DNA of 32,000 bases from Defluviitaleaceae bacterium (GCA_009784575.1 WRBK01000006.1:36673-68672), one strand, 5' to 3'. Positions 9,122 to 17,911 are shown, counted from the first letter of the stretch. Program-made: numbers and translations. Notes: a model not told the origin generated them from the sequence alone.

Positions 9122-9448
9122 TTATTTCTCTTTGTCGTCTGTCACTGCTTTTTTCTTACTTTCCGCGCTTTTATATTTATTCTTAATTTCTAGCTTCTTT
9201 TCTGCTTCGGCTAGTTTGCGCGTTAGTTCTTCTACTTCCGCACGTTTTGTCAAAACCTCGTCTGCCATAAAAACACAGGCATATAAGGATTTTATGAGAT
9301 AGTTCATCGGAAATGATGAGCCAGCATTGTCAAATTTTTCTATAGTTGCCAATATATATTTGTACATCTGCTCAACGTATGCATCGTCTTGTTCGCTTAC
9401 AATGCGTATATTTTCGTTAAAAAGCTTTAGATTATACCTTTTGCTCAT
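9122..9448 (-). CDS. ZapA-like cell division protein (tentative)
   Basis: 108 aa. An N-terminal strand segment (YNLKLFNENIRIVSEQDDAYVEQMYKYI) is followed by a coiled-coil tail, as in ZapA. It heads the division cluster. The assignment rests on pattern only. Confidence 0.45.
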   Translation of the reverse strand: MSKRYNLKLFNENIRIVSEQDDAYVEQMYKYILATIEKFDNAGSSFPMNYLIKSLYACVFMADEVLTKRAEVEELTRKLAEAEKKLEIKNKYKSAESKKKAVTDDKEK

Positions 9449-9493
9449 GCTATTCCCCCACGGTCATAATACAGTAATTCGTTTTATGATAAT

Positions 9494-9522
9494 AGTATAC
9501 CACTTTTCGCGCCATTTTCCAA
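9494..9522 (-). promoter_or_regulatory. Sigma-A-type promoter for the zapA-like/SEDS operon
   Basis: On the minus strand, TTGGAA - 17 nt - TATACT, with TG two nt upstream of the -10. Confidence 0.5.
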
Positions 9523-9571
9523 CATATTTTTATTATTTTTGTCGAAATTTTGCGTGTTACAGTAAATTAAC

Positions 9572-9600
9572 TTGAAAATTTTTCGCTAAAATAGTATACT
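9572..9600 (+). promoter_or_regulatory. Sigma-A-type promoter for the secreted-protein operon
   Basis: TTGAAA (9572-9577) - 17 nt - TATACT (9595-9600), with an overlapping TATAAT 5 nt further on. Confidence 0.55.
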
Positions 9601-9641
9601 ATAATGACTAGGAGATTTATGTAGACATGGAGGTAAAATTT

Positions 9642-11960
9642 ATGGATAAACTAACAAAGCTCGCGATGCGCATTATCGCCGTGCTTGTTTTTAGTCTCTT
9701 TGTGGGCTTTTTTTCGCCTGTTGCGGTATATGCAGATGTGTTGCCTGTCCCCGTAAATGAAGCATTGAACCAAGCACAGCCAGGCCCTGCTGACTTTCGG
9801 GTGGTATCAGGTAATACGCTTAGATGGGATGCTGTCTCTGGTGCAACATCATATACTGTATGGCTCGATGCTAATGATTGGTGGCTTCTCCAAGAGGTTA
9901 GCGGCACTTCTTTAGATTTGCAAGATGCCTTTCGCATAAATACAACTCTTGCATCTGGTCAGTCGGTACGGTTTGTTATCGTTGCCAATTTTCCTAATGG
10001 TATGGCATCCTCTCCTGTGTCTTATCATTGGCAGATGCACGGTAATCAACATTCTGGACAGCTAACTGCCCCAACTGGGCTTAGTACCAGCGGCAATCTT
10101 TTAAGCTGGCATAGCGTAACGAATGCCACGCAATATATGGTGGTACTAAACACAGGTTCGTGGAGCAGGATATACTTCACAACCAGAACCACAGCGAATT
10201 TGGAGGATGCGTTCGCTGTTTCTTCTAGCCTTGCATCCGGACAAGTTGTTAGCCTTTCCGTGTTTGCCTTTGCTCCAAATTTTCTAGGCTCACCTGAAAG
10301 CCAAATTGTCTCGTGGACAAACCCACACCATTGGACACCAGCCCCTGGTCAGCTATCTATACCCACAAACTTCTGGATAGAAGACCATAATATATTAAGA
10401 TGGAGTCGTGTGGACAATGCCAGCACATATCTTATTAGCGTACATGTAGATGGACACGTTTTGACCAGCAGAAGCACAACAGATATTTTCATGGACCTTA
10501 ATGATTTTATTCATAATCATCCAAACACATTATGGCGCGGTCGCGAGGTCAGTGTTTCTATAATAGCTAGGGCAACAAATTGGTCAGATTCGCGCGAGTT
10601 GTTTACAGTTTGGTGGGTTTCTGGCGGCGGTGGCATACCCCCTGCTCATGATACCCGCAGCGTGCGTGTGGATGCATCTTGGGCTACCTTCCCTGAAATA
10701 TCAGGTACTGGACATTATCGCTCAGGCAATACCGTTATAATAAATGCTGGTCACAGGGCTGGTCATGATTTTTTGGGCTGGTTCGTTGTCAGCCCTGCAA
10801 ATCTTATTCTATCAGACTTTGAGGGGCGTATCACCTCATTTATCATGCCCAATGTTGATGTTATTGTTGAGGCTGTATGGTGGCGACACGGCACTGCACC
10901 TCCCACATTACCATCACGTCTAGGCAATGTGCAAACACCAACCGTAAACTGGCAAAACCGCAATCTTGGCGGTGTTTCATTCAATTACAGTTCTGGTAAT
11001 TTCCCCGAAACTCTGTCTCTAGTGCAAGGTAGCACCATTAATTTCCAAATGAGGGTAGAGCGTCATATGGCGAACTTTGGCGCAACTTTTGTAGGTCAAT
11101 GGTTACGAAATGGCACGGCGCATGGCTCAACATTCCCTATAGTGCTTTCTAGCGCAGGCTTTGCAGATGTAGAGCTGCGCATAAACAGCCTAACATCTGC
11201 TATGACAGGTCAGTATTCCTTACGTGTAGCAACCATCGTGGATGGCAATACCACGCATGTGGATATTAGCCGAGCAGCATCCCTTTCTATCTCTGGACAA
11301 GGTACAGCTACCGTCTGGCCACAAGAGCCTCAGTTGCCAGAGCTAGCTACCGTAAATGCAATACCAACAACGAGACCACCTCTGCATCATCCGCCCATAG
11401 GGCAGACCACACCAAGCTTTACGGCAATACCTTCCACCCCTAGTCATAATCATGATTTGGTGATGAATGGCATGGATATAGGTAGTTCAGTGTTACAGAT
11501 GCTACCAAACACAAATGTGGTGCGCCTATATGGTCAAACCTTGGATGCCTTAGTAGATAACGGCACAACTTTATTTGTGGTTAATGATATAGTTTGGGTT
11601 ATTATGCCTCCAGAGTTTTTGGCGCATCTGCGGGATGCAGGCGGCAACTTCATAGGCACAAACGGCGGCACATTTAATATAACTATAAACGAAACACATG
11701 GCGGTGCAACCCTTGTTACAACGCAGATAGGCATATCCACCACACTTAATGGGCAGACGCAAGATATAACAAGCTTCGTCACGCCTTATGCGCTAGCTAT
11801 AGAGCTTTGGGATTTTGGCATGTATGCCGCAAATCCTAATCATATAGCCGTTACGCATCAAGGCAATAGGATAACAAGCCATGTAAACCCAGAAACAGGC
11901 GTGTTAAGCCTAAATATAATGACAACGGGTAGTTTTCAGGTTAATTATTCTATAAATTAA
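9642..11960 (+). CDS. Secreted or surface multidomain protein: three Fn3-like modules, an InlB-B-type repeat, an Ig-like segment, a Pro-rich linker and an unassigned C-terminal domain
   Basis: GGAGG lies 8 nt before the ATG at 9642. There is an N-terminal signal/anchor (IAVLVFSLFVGFFSPVAVYA). The motif L-x-W-x-x-V-x-x-A-(T/S)-x-Y recurs three times. The segment GHDFLGWF...MPNVDVIVEAVW is of the Listeria-Bacteroides repeat type. LRINSLTSAMTGQYSLRV is Ig-like. I saw no LPXTG, SLH or choline-binding motif. Confidence 0.8.
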   Translation: MDKLTKLAMRIIAVLVFSLFVGFFSPVAVYADVLPVPVNEALNQAQPGPADFRVVSGNTLRWDAVSGATSYTVWLDANDWWLLQEVSGTSLDLQDAFRINTTLASGQSVRFVIVANFPNGMASSPVSYHWQMHGNQHSGQLTAPTGLSTSGNLLSWHSVTNATQYMVVLNTGSWSRIYFTTRTTANLEDAFAVSSSLASGQVVSLSVFAFAPNFLGSPESQIVSWTNPHHWTPAPGQLSIPTNFWIEDHNILRWSRVDNASTYLISVHVDGHVLTSRSTTDIFMDLNDFIHNHPNTLWRGREVSVSIIARATNWSDSRELFTVWWVSGGGGIPPAHDTRSVRVDASWATFPEISGTGHYRSGNTVIINAGHRAGHDFLGWFVVSPANLILSDFEGRITSFIMPNVDVIVEAVWWRHGTAPPTLPSRLGNVQTPTVNWQNRNLGGVSFNYSSGNFPETLSLVQGSTINFQMRVERHMANFGATFVGQWLRNGTAHGSTFPIVLSSAGFADVELRINSLTSAMTGQYSLRVATIVDGNTTHVDISRAASLSISGQGTATVWPQEPQLPELATVNAIPTTRPPLHHPPIGQTTPSFTAIPSTPSHNHDLVMNGMDIGSSVLQMLPNTNVVRLYGQTLDALVDNGTTLFVVNDIVWVIMPPEFLAHLRDAGGNFIGTNGGTFNITINETHGGATLVTTQIGISTTLNGQTQDITSFVTPYALAIELWDFGMYAANPNHIAVTHQGNRITSHVNPETGVLSLNIMTTGSFQVNYSIN
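9780..10634 (+). repeat. Three tandem, divergent modules of about 95 aa inside the secreted protein
   Basis: Approximate module bounds are 9780-10055, 10056-10346 and 10347-10634. Shared anchors are LRWDAVSGATSYTVWL / LSWHSVTNATQYMVVL / LRWSRVDNASTYLISV, plus L(Q/E)DAF...LASGQ in modules 1 and 2. Confidence 0.6.
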
Positions 11961-11973
11961 GGAGTTTTGCAAA

Positions 11974-12222
11974 ATGAAAACTATGTTTATTGGATTTGCT
12001 TTTGTGCTGGTTGGTCTGACAATGCAGCTTGGCGCATATATTGTGGCTTCATCGGTTATGACATTGGGCGTAAGGCCTATCGAAGATGCTGTGGAGCTAG
12101 TTCATATGGCTTGGACATTACGTACTGGTCATATTGTAGCTATTGGCGGTCTGCTTATTATGTCCATAGAAATGATAAAAGGCTTGATTATGAGAATCAA
12201 AGGCAGACACAAAGCAGAATAG
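11974..12222 (+). CDS. Small membrane protein with two predicted TM helices, no family recognised
   Basis: 82 aa. AAGGAG lies 8 nt upstream. It starts 13 nt after the stop of the secreted-protein gene. Confidence 0.6.
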   Translation: MKTMFIGFAFVLVGLTMQLGAYIVASSVMTLGVRPIEDAVELVHMAWTLRTGHIVAIGGLLIMSIEMIKGLIMRIKGRHKAE

Positions 12223-12307
12223 TCTGTATTCTCCCATTTTTTCTCCATATTTGTTTTCTGGCATTCTGCCGTAATAGCAGATAGAGAAGATTAGGAGGAG
12301 AATAATT

Positions 12308-14038
12308 ATGAAATCCAAAAAAAGAAATATTATAGGCGCGATATGCATAACTTTACTTGCTCTTGTCGCGCTTTTTATTTATTTTGAAAATACAGGTTAT
12401 GGCAATGTGGTGGAATTTGTGCCATATGCTGATTTTATGGTAATGGCAGAGGACGGGCAAGTTTCGAGAGTGCTTTTAACCGAAACGGCAGAGCTGCAAT
12501 TTTATTTGTATGCATCGGATGTCCCACACGAAACCAGCAACCCCAGAAATCCTGCATTAAAAGAGCAACTATTATTGATGGGCATAGATGTATATGAGGA
12601 CACAAGCATTGCCGTTGGTGGCATAATATCCTCTTTCTTGCCTATCGTATTTTTTATTGTAATGTTCATTCTTATTTTTAGGATGATGGGCAAGGCATCT
12701 GGCAAAAGTGCCATGTCACTTAATGTAACTGCAGCAGATGAAACCGAGACAAATGTTGGCTTTTGCCATGTAGCAGGTAATGATGAGGCAAAGGAATCCG
12801 TACAAGACATAGTGGATTTTATTAGAAATCCTGAAAAATACGCCAAATACGGTGCGCGTATGCCGCGCGGCATTATCTTTTATGGTCCGCCAGGCACAGG
12901 GAAGACGCTGATGGCAAAAGCCATAGCTGGCGAAGCAGGAGTACCATTTTTTGCGACATCTGGCTCAGATTTTGTGCAGATGTATGTAGGGGTTGGTGCT
13001 GGACGCGTGCGAGAGTTGTTTAAGAAAGCTCGGGCGGCGGGCAAGGCTGTAATTTTTATTGATGAGATAGATGCTGTTGGCAAAACTCGTGTAAGCGGAG
13101 GTGCGGGCGGCAATGATGAGCGAGACCAAACGCTTAATGCTCTATTAGCTGAAATGTCGGGCTTTGGTAGTGGCGAGGGTATAGTTGTAATAGCCGCCAC
13201 AAACCGCTTAGACACACTAGATGAGGCACTTTTGCGCCCTGGTCGCTTTGATAGACAAGTAGAAATTGGTTTGCCAGACATGGCTGGTCGCAAAAATATA
13301 CTAAACACCCACGCTATGAACAAACCCATATCACGCGGAATAAATTTAGATGAACTAGCGCGCCAAACAGTATATTTTAGTGGCGCAATGCTAGAAAACC
13401 TACTAAACGAGGCGGCTATAACGGCAGCAAAAAGCGGCATGGACGAGATAGTCCAAAGTCATATAGATACAGCATATTACACCATAATTGCGGGTAGCGA
13501 GAAAAAAGACCGCTCCGCCATAAAAGACAAAGAACGCCGCATAACGGCATATCATGAAGGCGGACATGCCTTGGCTACAAAGCTATTGTCGCCAGAGCAT
13601 AGTGTGCCAAAAATCACCATCATCCCCTCCACTAAGGGCGCGGCGGGCTTTTGTGTAAATCTGCCGCCAGATAAAATGTACTTCACTAAGCGTGAGCTGG
13701 AAAATCAAGCCATAGCCCTTTTGGCGGGTCGTGCGGCAGAGGAGGCTGTGTTTGGTGCAGACAATATTACCACGGGTGCCAGTAATGATATTCAGCGCGT
13801 AAACCAAATTATAAAAGATTATGTATCAAAGTACGGTATGAGCAGCACTGCGGGTCTCGCAGAGTTATCGGACGAAGAAAAACATAAAGAGTATAGATTA
13901 CATATTGATAAATTGTACCAGTCTGCACTAGGGCTAGTGAAGGAACATTTCCATACGCTTGAAAGCATAGCAAGTGCCTTGATGGACAAAGAAAGTCTAA
14001 ATGAAAAGGAATTGGACGAAATAATGGCTAGTGCCTAA
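12308..14038 (+). CDS. ftsH: ATP-dependent zinc metalloprotease FtsH (probably a paralog)
   Basis: Two N-terminal TM segments, Walker A GPPGTGKT, Walker B VIFIDEID, SRH ATNRLDTLDEALLRPGRFDR and zinc motif HEGGH. SD is AGGAGGAG. Confidence 0.9.
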   Translation: MKSKKRNIIGAICITLLALVALFIYFENTGYGNVVEFVPYADFMVMAEDGQVSRVLLTETAELQFYLYASDVPHETSNPRNPALKEQLLLMGIDVYEDTSIAVGGIISSFLPIVFFIVMFILIFRMMGKASGKSAMSLNVTAADETETNVGFCHVAGNDEAKESVQDIVDFIRNPEKYAKYGARMPRGIIFYGPPGTGKTLMAKAIAGEAGVPFFATSGSDFVQMYVGVGAGRVRELFKKARAAGKAVIFIDEIDAVGKTRVSGGAGGNDERDQTLNALLAEMSGFGSGEGIVVIAATNRLDTLDEALLRPGRFDRQVEIGLPDMAGRKNILNTHAMNKPISRGINLDELARQTVYFSGAMLENLLNEAAITAAKSGMDEIVQSHIDTAYYTIIAGSEKKDRSAIKDKERRITAYHEGGHALATKLLSPEHSVPKITIIPSTKGAAGFCVNLPPDKMYFTKRELENQAIALLAGRAAEEAVFGADNITTGASNDIQRVNQIIKDYVSKYGMSSTAGLAELSDEEKHKEYRLHIDKLYQSALGLVKEHFHTLESIASALMDKESLNEKELDEIMASA

Positions 14039-14120
14039 AAGATGATTAAAATTGTCCATTGTAAATAATCCCTTTTGCGGTATACTTGGTGGTATATAAA
14101 TTCAGAGAGGAGGTAAAGCA

Positions 14121-14171
14121 ATGAAAGGTATCAAAAACACAAATAGAACTTGGAGGGTTTTGCAATATTAG
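14121..14171 (+). other. Candidate 16-codon leader ORF (MKGIKNTNRTWRVLQY) upstream of the serine hydrolase gene
   Basis: GAGGAGG lies 7 nt before the ATG at 14121. Its stop codon sits in the loop of a hairpin (GAGGGTT 14153-14159 pairing with AACCCTC 14173-14179). Confidence 0.3.
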
Positions 14172-14199
14172 CAACCCTCACGAAAGGGATGTGTTCACA

Positions 14200-15237
14200 A
14201 TGGAAAAGATTATACAAAATAAATTTGATGAATGGATGGCAGATGGTGGCGAGGGTTTTAGCGGCGTGTTTTCTGTGTCTGACCCTGATGGCGTTGTGCA
14301 TATCCAAGCCTATGGCCATAGAAACAAGGCAGAAGAACTGCCAAACACGCCAAACACAGCCTTCAGCATAGCATCTGGCACAAAGCTTTTCACAGGGCTT
14401 GCTGTGTGCAAGCTTATTGACAGCGGCAAGCTTGGTTTGGACGATAAATTGCATGATATATTGTCAGGCAAAGATTTAGGGCAAATAGACAAGGGCGTTA
14501 CCATACACCAATTACTGTCTCACACATCAGGCGTGGGCGACTACATAGACGAGGATGCCGAAGATATGATGGCAGACTTGGAGGCGTTGTATGCCAAGTA
14601 TCCCTGCTATCTATGGACGAATCTTGACTATTATTTGCAAATGACAGCACCTTTACCACCAAAATTTGCGCCTGGAGGGCGGTATAGTTATTCAAATTCG
14701 GGCTATGTGTTGCTTGGGCTTGTTGTTGAAGCTATTAGCAAAATGCCGTATCAGCAATATGTGCAAGAAAATATTATATCACCTTGCGGGCTTGAGCGCA
14801 CTGGGTTTTATTGTATGGATAATCTGCCGCCTAATACGGCTTTGGGCTATATGGAAGACGAAGGCAGTGGGCAGTGGCGCACAAATATCTTTAGCCTACC
14901 TATTATGGGCGGCTCGGATGGGGGAATATTTACTTGTGCGGCAGATATGGATAAGCTATGGCGGGCGATATTTACTAACAAAATTCTATCCAAAACCATG
15001 ACCCAAACCTTCCTAAGCCAGCACTCGGTGATTGACGAGGAAGATGGAGAGACCTATGGTCTTGGGGTATATCGTGTTGAAAGCGAAGGCAAAATGCTTT
15101 ATTATGCCATGGGCATAGATAATGGCGTTAGCTTTGTTACGGCATATTTCCTAAATAGCGGGATTGTGACATCTGTGTTGTGTAATGCTTATGTTTGGTG
15201 TCGTTCTTTGGTGGAAGAGTTGTTTGAGGTTTTGTAA
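14200..15237 (+). CDS. Beta-lactamase-fold serine hydrolase (class C / PBP4*-like family)
   Basis: SxxK motif (IASGTKLF) and YxN motif (YSNSGY) are present. I chose the start at MEKII (14200), 10 nt after AAAGGGA. Confidence 0.85.
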   Translation: MEKIIQNKFDEWMADGGEGFSGVFSVSDPDGVVHIQAYGHRNKAEELPNTPNTAFSIASGTKLFTGLAVCKLIDSGKLGLDDKLHDILSGKDLGQIDKGVTIHQLLSHTSGVGDYIDEDAEDMMADLEALYAKYPCYLWTNLDYYLQMTAPLPPKFAPGGRYSYSNSGYVLLGLVVEAISKMPYQQYVQENIISPCGLERTGFYCMDNLPPNTALGYMEDEGSGQWRTNIFSLPIMGGSDGGIFTCAADMDKLWRAIFTNKILSKTMTQTFLSQHSVIDEEDGETYGLGVYRVESEGKMLYYAMGIDNGVSFVTAYFLNSGIVTSVLCNAYVWCRSLVEELFEVL

Positions 15238-15245
15238 AATAAAAA

Positions 15246-15277
15246 AGTGCCGTAAGCATAAAACTTACGGCACTTTT
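15246..15277 (+). terminator. Rho-independent terminator
   Basis: An 11-bp perfect stem, AGTGCCGTAAG / CTTACGGCACT, with a 7-nt loop, then TTTT. An A-run precedes it. Confidence 0.85.
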
Positions 15278-15327
15278 GATATTATTCAAGAAAGCCAATA
15301 ATTGCATACTCTGTTCTACTACCACTG

Positions 15328-16244
15328 CTATAGCCACCAAACTTAACTTTTCTCCATAATCTGCCGATAACAATATATGGCATACAGTGAAGATTATCGA
15401 AAAAGAGCAGTTGAATACTATTTGAGCGGTAAAACACAGGCAGAGGTCAAGGAAGCGTTTAAGATATATCCGTCCACCTTACGAGATTGGAGAACTCGAT
15501 ATTAGGCAGAATCACTTAAACCTAATTACCCTAAAGCTCGTAAGCCACGTAAATTGCCACCTGATGAGCTGCTCCTATATGTTGAGTACAACCCCGATGC
15601 ATATCTCGCTGAAATAGGTGAGCACTTTGGATGTAGCGATGTTGCTGTCGGTAAGGCTCTCAAAAAGTTAAGCATAACCCGTAAAAAAAGACATTAGGGT
15701 ACAAAGAACGCTCTGAATCTGCTCGTGCGCAATATGAGCAGGAAATATCAGAAATTCCGGCCTCTCGCCGCATATATGTTGACGAAAGCGGCGTACATAA
15801 GTTCTGCTTCAGAGAATATGCTCGTTCATTCATAGGCAAACGCATCTATGGTCTTATTCCGGGCAAAAGATTACTAGCATCAATGTTGTTGCGGGCTATT
15901 GTGACGGCAATATTTTGGGTGAATATTGCCATACAGGTTCAATGACATCAGCAAAATTTGAGGATTGGTTTTGTCGTTTCTTGCTCCCTGAAGCAAGTCG
16001 GGGCGATGTTATTATCTTGGATAACGCTAGCTGGCATAATAAAAAGCGACTCAAAATTTATGCTCGTATATATAAAGTCACCATTATCTTCTTGCCGCCA
16101 TATTCGCCGGATTATAGTCCGATAGAAAAAGTGTGGGCTAATATGAAACGCTTTTTGCGTAGTCATGGGCATCGTTTCAAGTCAATACAGGATGCGATTT
16201 ATTGGTATCTTGCTTGTGCGTTTTCTTAGGTTTGGTGGCTATAG
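15328..16244 (+). mobile_element. Decayed IS630-family insertion sequence that keeps its terminal inverted repeats
   Basis: A perfect 15-bp inverted repeat: CTATAGCCACCAAAC (15328-15342) and GTTTGGTGGCTATAG (16230-16244). Both ends read TA-TA, which fits the TA target duplication of IS630/Tc1-type elements. About 0.9 kb is short for the family. Confidence 0.8.
15377..16229 (+). pseudogene. IS630-family DDE transposase, disrupted
   Basis: N-terminal HTH (MAYSEDYRKRAVEYY...STLRDW) and C-terminal DDE region (IILDNASWH...FLPPYSPDYSPIEKVW). There is an in-frame TAG at 15503-15505, a frameshift at the A7 run 15683-15689 and a second frameshift near 15865-15875. Confidence 0.8.
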
Positions 16245-16249
16245 TTGAG

Positions 16250-17745
16250 ATGGGTAATAGAATTATTTTTGAGGCATCAATAGACACAAAACCGTTTGAA
16301 AGTGCCATTGAGGATATGAAAGTGATTACGAACTCGTTTTTTGACATGGCGGATAAAAGAGCAAGTAGCTTTCTGAAAATTTGGGTTCTGTGAGTAACAG
16401 CTTTGATGTATCTGCACAATTTGATGCTGCCAATAAAAGCATTGCCGAGGGCGTTTCGGTTATAGAAAATTATAATAGCAATTTAACGGATACATGCGAT
16501 ATAATCATGAAAACTGCGACAGATGCAGTTAGCCTTCTTGGCCCTAAAGGTTTTATTATAGGGCAGACTACACAAATTGGACATGAGCTTGGGTGGTGGC
16601 AAGATATAAGCGGAGGTCTACGAGTAGATTATTTCCTAGGAGAAGGTCTAATTGATTCCATAAGCAGAGACCCAGAAGTGATTAATCGGATGTTTGAACC
16701 TTTTGCAAATATCGGAGAGGCAATTGTCAAAAAACTCGACAGTATACCTGAAAGTCTTCATGGAATTAGCGATGTTTCAATTGAGGAAATGCGCAACTTG
16801 GATCATAGTTGGAGTGGATTTTGGGGTAGCGTTGAGCAGGGCATTGGTGAAGTGACCGAAGCTATAACGGAATCTCATAGAGCCATGGCTGATACATCCA
16901 TAGATGTAATACGCGAAATGGATAGTGGCTGGGGTGATTTTCGCTCAATTATTGGGCAGATGACAGACGAATCAAACAAGGTTATAATAGAATCCTACAA
17001 GAATATGTCGGAAGAACTTACAAGCAACGTGATAACCCCCTTAGGCGACGAATGGAACGGCTTCTTCGGACTTTTCAGCCAGGGAGCAAAAGCTGCAAAT
17101 AAAGCCGCAACGGATTCATTTGATATCATGTCAGAAGATGTATCGGGCGGTGCTTTATCCAGAATGGGCGAGCATTGCGACATGTTATGGGAAAGAATGC
17201 AGGAAGGGGCAGAAGGTACAACTGGCGCAATAAAGAGCCTCTTTGGTGGTCTTTCGAGCGAAATTAGAAATCCTATAAATGGCATAATCAGCATTGTGAG
17301 CGAAATGGTGGAACGCATCACCACTGGGCTTAACGGCGTTATCGGTGGTATAAATTCAATAGGCTTTGACCTGCCTCCTTTTCTTGGCGGCGGCTCTTTT
17401 AGACCAAATTTGGCAAAAATCCCACCAGTCCACATCCCTATGTTAGCCCGCGGCGGCATAGTAGACCGCCCAACCTTAGCACTGATAGGCGAACGCGGCA
17501 AAGAGGCCGTTATGCCGCTAGAAAACAATACAGGCTGGATTGCAGACCTAGCAAATACCATTGGGGCTGTTGTTGGTGCGCAGCTTTCCATTAACCGAGC
17601 TAATTATAGTGACTATGCTATGATGGATTCAAACAGACCAATAAAGCTGTACCTTGATGGCAGAACAGTAGCTGAAGGAATGCTGGACGACCTTGTTGAA
17701 GTTGCTAAACGACGAGATGTGCAGTTATCACCTATCTTTGGTTGA
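16250..17745 (+). pseudogene. Phage tail tape-measure protein remnant, frameshifted
   Basis: Periodic aromatic motifs (HSWSGFWGSV, SGWGDFRSII, DEWNGFFGLF). The C-terminal block LARGGIVDRPTLALIGERGKEAVMPLE is typical of siphovirus tape-measure proteins. The N-terminal 40 codons (MGNRIIFEASIDTKPF...) are in a different frame, and the switch must lie within 16369-16390. Confidence 0.6.
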
Positions 17746-17772
17746 TATCAATACATCTCAGCCAAAAAATTC

Positions 17773-17801
17773 TTGACACCTACGCCAATTTATGATACGC
17801 T
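17773..17801 (+). promoter_or_regulatory. Candidate promoter for tRNA-Pro
   Basis: TTGACA (17773-17778) - 17 nt - TACGCT (17796-17801), with TG at 17793-17794 as an extended -10. Confidence 0.45.
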
Positions 17802-17827
17802 ATTTCTCGTCACAAAACATACTGTAG

Positions 17828-17901
17828 CTGGGTGTAGCGTAGCTTGGTAGCGCGCCAGAATGGGGTTCTGGAGGTCGAAGGTTCAAATCCTTTCACCCAG
17901 A
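17828..17901 (+). tRNA. tRNA-Pro, anticodon GGG
   Basis: Manual cloverleaf: acceptor CTGGGTG/CACCCAG, D arm GCGT-AGCTTGGTA-GCGC, anticodon stem CCAGA/TCTGG with loop ATGGGGT, T arm GAAGG-TTCAAAT-CCTTT, discriminator A. C1-G72 is typical of bacterial tRNA-Pro. CCA is not encoded. Confidence 0.88.
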
Positions 17902-17911
17902 TGTTGAAATC

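Noticed and set aside
11967-12284. A 105-aa ORF overlapping the 82-aa membrane-protein ORF in another frame
   Set aside because: No SD precedes it, and its composition is rich in Cys, Trp, Arg and Tyr. The 11974 frame has AAGGAG at the right spacing and two clean TM helices.
17828-17901. tRNA-Pro as the attachment site of the decayed prophage
   Set aside because: The phage remnant lies on the 5' side of the tRNA. I could find no direct repeat of the tRNA 3' end by eye anywhere in 15.2-18.1 kb.
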